From positions 1 through 26,260 of IMG/VR virus record IMGVR_UViG_3300037311_000450: a DNA stretch of 26,260 nt. One strand, written 5' to 3'. The stretch comes from a virus (lineage: Duplodnaviria; Caudoviricetes). The notes below the pieces were generated by a model, which had not been told where the DNA came from, did no database searches, and saw only the letters and a program-made list of their open reading frames with translations. Made by a program: the position numbers and the translations under genes. Of the stretch, positions 24,992 through 26,260 are shown one piece after another. Within the stretch, counting starts at the first letter, position 1. Every line of letters starts with the position of its first letter.

Positions 24992-25009
24992 GTCTTCTCC
25001 TCGGCACCA
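24992..25009 (+). other. attR core: duplicated 3' end of a tRNA-Leu gene
   Basis: GT-CTTCT-CCTCGGC-A-CCA reads as T-loop end, T-stem 3' strand, acceptor 3' strand, discriminator A and CCA. No tRNA 5' part precedes it. Lies between the last phage gene and a host terminator. Confidence 0.8.
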
Positions 25010-25040
25010 TCTTCACCGTTTTGAACTACCTTCAAAACAT

Positions 25041-25068
25041 AAAAAAGCCCCAGAAATGGGGCTTTTTT
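25041..25068. terminator. Bidirectional Rho-independent terminator
   Basis: AAAAAAGCCCCA-GAAA-TGGGGCTTTTTT perfect inverted repeat between convergent units. Confidence 0.92.
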
Positions 25069-25087
25069 GTTGGACGAGAATGATGCC

Positions 25088-26260
25088 CTAGAAGCTTTCC
25101 AACGCCATTGCGACCGCTTCGCCACCGCCAATGCACAAAGTAGCAATGCCGCGCTTGCCGCCATAAGCCTGCATCGCGCCCAGCAAAGTCGCCACGATGC
25201 GCGCACCGGAAGCGCCGATGGGGTGCCCCAAGGCACACGCGCCGCCGTGTACGTTCACCTTTTCGTGCGGAAGGCCGTGGGTGTGCATGGCGGCCATGGT
25301 CACGCAGGCGAAGGCTTCGTTGATTTCCCAGAAATCCACGCTTTCCTTGCTCCAGCCGCACTTGTTCAGCAAATCGGTGATGGCAAAGCAGGGCGCGATG
25401 GTGAATTCGGCGGGCAAACGGGCGTGGCTGCTGTGACCCACCACCTTCGCCAACGGCTGCAAACCGCGCCGTTCGGCTTCAGACAACGACATCATCAACA
25501 ACGCCGCCGCACCATCGGAAATGCTGCTGGCGTTGGCGGCGGTGATGGTGCCGTCCTTTTTGAAGGCAGGCTTCAGGCTGGGGATTTTGTCGGGCTTGCC
25601 CTTGCTGGGTTGTTCGTCTTGAGAAAGCAGTTCGACACCGGCTTTGCTGGCGATCTCGACGGGGGCGATTTCGGCGGCAAACTTGCCTTCCACAGCGGCT
25701 TTTTGGGCGCGCTTCAGGCTTTCAATGGCGAAGGCATCTTGCTGTTCGCGGGTGAAGCCGTATTTTTCGACCGTGCGTTCGGCAAACACGCCCATCGGGG
25801 TGCGGCGTTCGTAGGCATCTTCGAGGCCGTCCAAGGCCATGTGATCGAGCAATTCGCCGTGACCGTAACGGTAGCCGCCACGGGCTTTCGCCAACAAATA
25901 AGGCGCGTTGGTCATGCTTTCCATGCCGCCCGCCAGCACCACTTTGGCGCTGCCCGCTTGGATCAAATCGTGCGCCAGCATCGCGGCCTTCAGGCCGGAA
26001 CCGCACATTTTGTTGATCGTTAAAGCACCCGCGCCGTCGTGAATGCCCGCCGCCCGCAAGGCTTGGCGGGCGGGCGCTTGGCCTTGGCCGGCACCCAGCA
26101 CGTTGCCCATGATGACTTCATCAATGGCATCGAAACTCAAGCCCGACAACGCCGCCTTCAGCGCCACGCCGCCCAACTGCGCGGCGGTGAAGCCTGACAA
26201 CACGCCCTGCATTCCGCCCATCGGCGTACGTTTGGCCGACACAATCACGACTGGGTTCAT
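25088..26260 (-). CDS. Acetyl-CoA C-acyltransferase (thiolase II, AtoB/PhbA-like), host gene
   Basis: 390 aa; NKMCGSG (catalytic Cys), NEAFA, GHPIGASG and LCIGGG thiolase signatures. Confidence 0.96.
   Translation of the reverse strand: MNPVVIVSAKRTPMGGMQGVLSGFTAAQLGGVALKAALSGLSFDAIDEVIMGNVLGAGQGQAPARQALRAAGIHDGAGALTINKMCGSGLKAAMLAHDLIQAGSAKVVLAGGMESMTNAPYLLAKARGGYRYGHGELLDHMALDGLEDAYERRTPMGVFAERTVEKYGFTREQQDAFAIESLKRAQKAAVEGKFAAEIAPVEIASKAGVELLSQDEQPSKGKPDKIPSLKPAFKKDGTITAANASSISDGAAALLMMSLSEAERRGLQPLAKVVGHSSHARLPAEFTIAPCFAITDLLNKCGWSKESVDFWEINEAFACVTMAAMHTHGLPHEKVNVHGGACALGHPIGASGARIVATLLGAMQAYGGKRGIATLCIGGGEAVAMALESF

Larger units (their letters stand above)
1..25009 (+). mobile_element. 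Prophage (podovirus-like), late/structural and lysis half; left part lies upstream of the window
   Basis: Co-oriented head, terminase, short-tail, ejection, fibre and lysis genes with ATGA/TAATG overlaps. No tape-measure or sheath gene is recognisable. Ends at a tRNA 3'-end copy followed by a host metabolic gene. Confidence 0.93.

Noticed and set aside
24992-25009. Intact tRNA gene
   Set aside because: Only the last 18 nt are present; no D arm, anticodon arm or full T loop upstream. Treated as the att core.
25067-26023. 318-aa + strand ORF
   Set aside because: Antisense shadow of the thiolase gene, which has all catalytic motifs; no recognisable protein features.

Overview
About 25 kb (1 to ~25009) is the right-hand, late half of an integrated podovirus-like prophage, all on the + strand and mostly translationally coupled. 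The order is portal, scaffold, TerS, TerL, a ~276-nt non-coding gap with a hairpin-rich leader, major capsid protein plus terminator, a hypothetical protein, adaptor and nozzle (tail tubular A/B-like), and three small ejection-type proteins. Next come a 2111-aa polyvalent-type protein (ParB-like, HExxH zincin-like and LPD38-like regions), a six-gene tail fibre/appendage block, and a lysis cassette (putative holin, TIGR02594/NlpC-P60-like endolysin, i-spanin with embedded o-spanin). The prophage ends at an attR-like 18-nt copy of a tRNA-Leu 3' end, next to arm-type repeats and an IHF-like site. A bidirectional terminator and a convergent host thiolase gene follow. The most unusual points are the terminase genes lying between scaffold and capsid, the structured capsid leader with a repeated GGGATCGCA motif, a 12-bp motif shared by the portal and capsid upstream regions, and the probably co-injected multi-domain protein. 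All family assignments come from motif recognition by eye, not from database searches.
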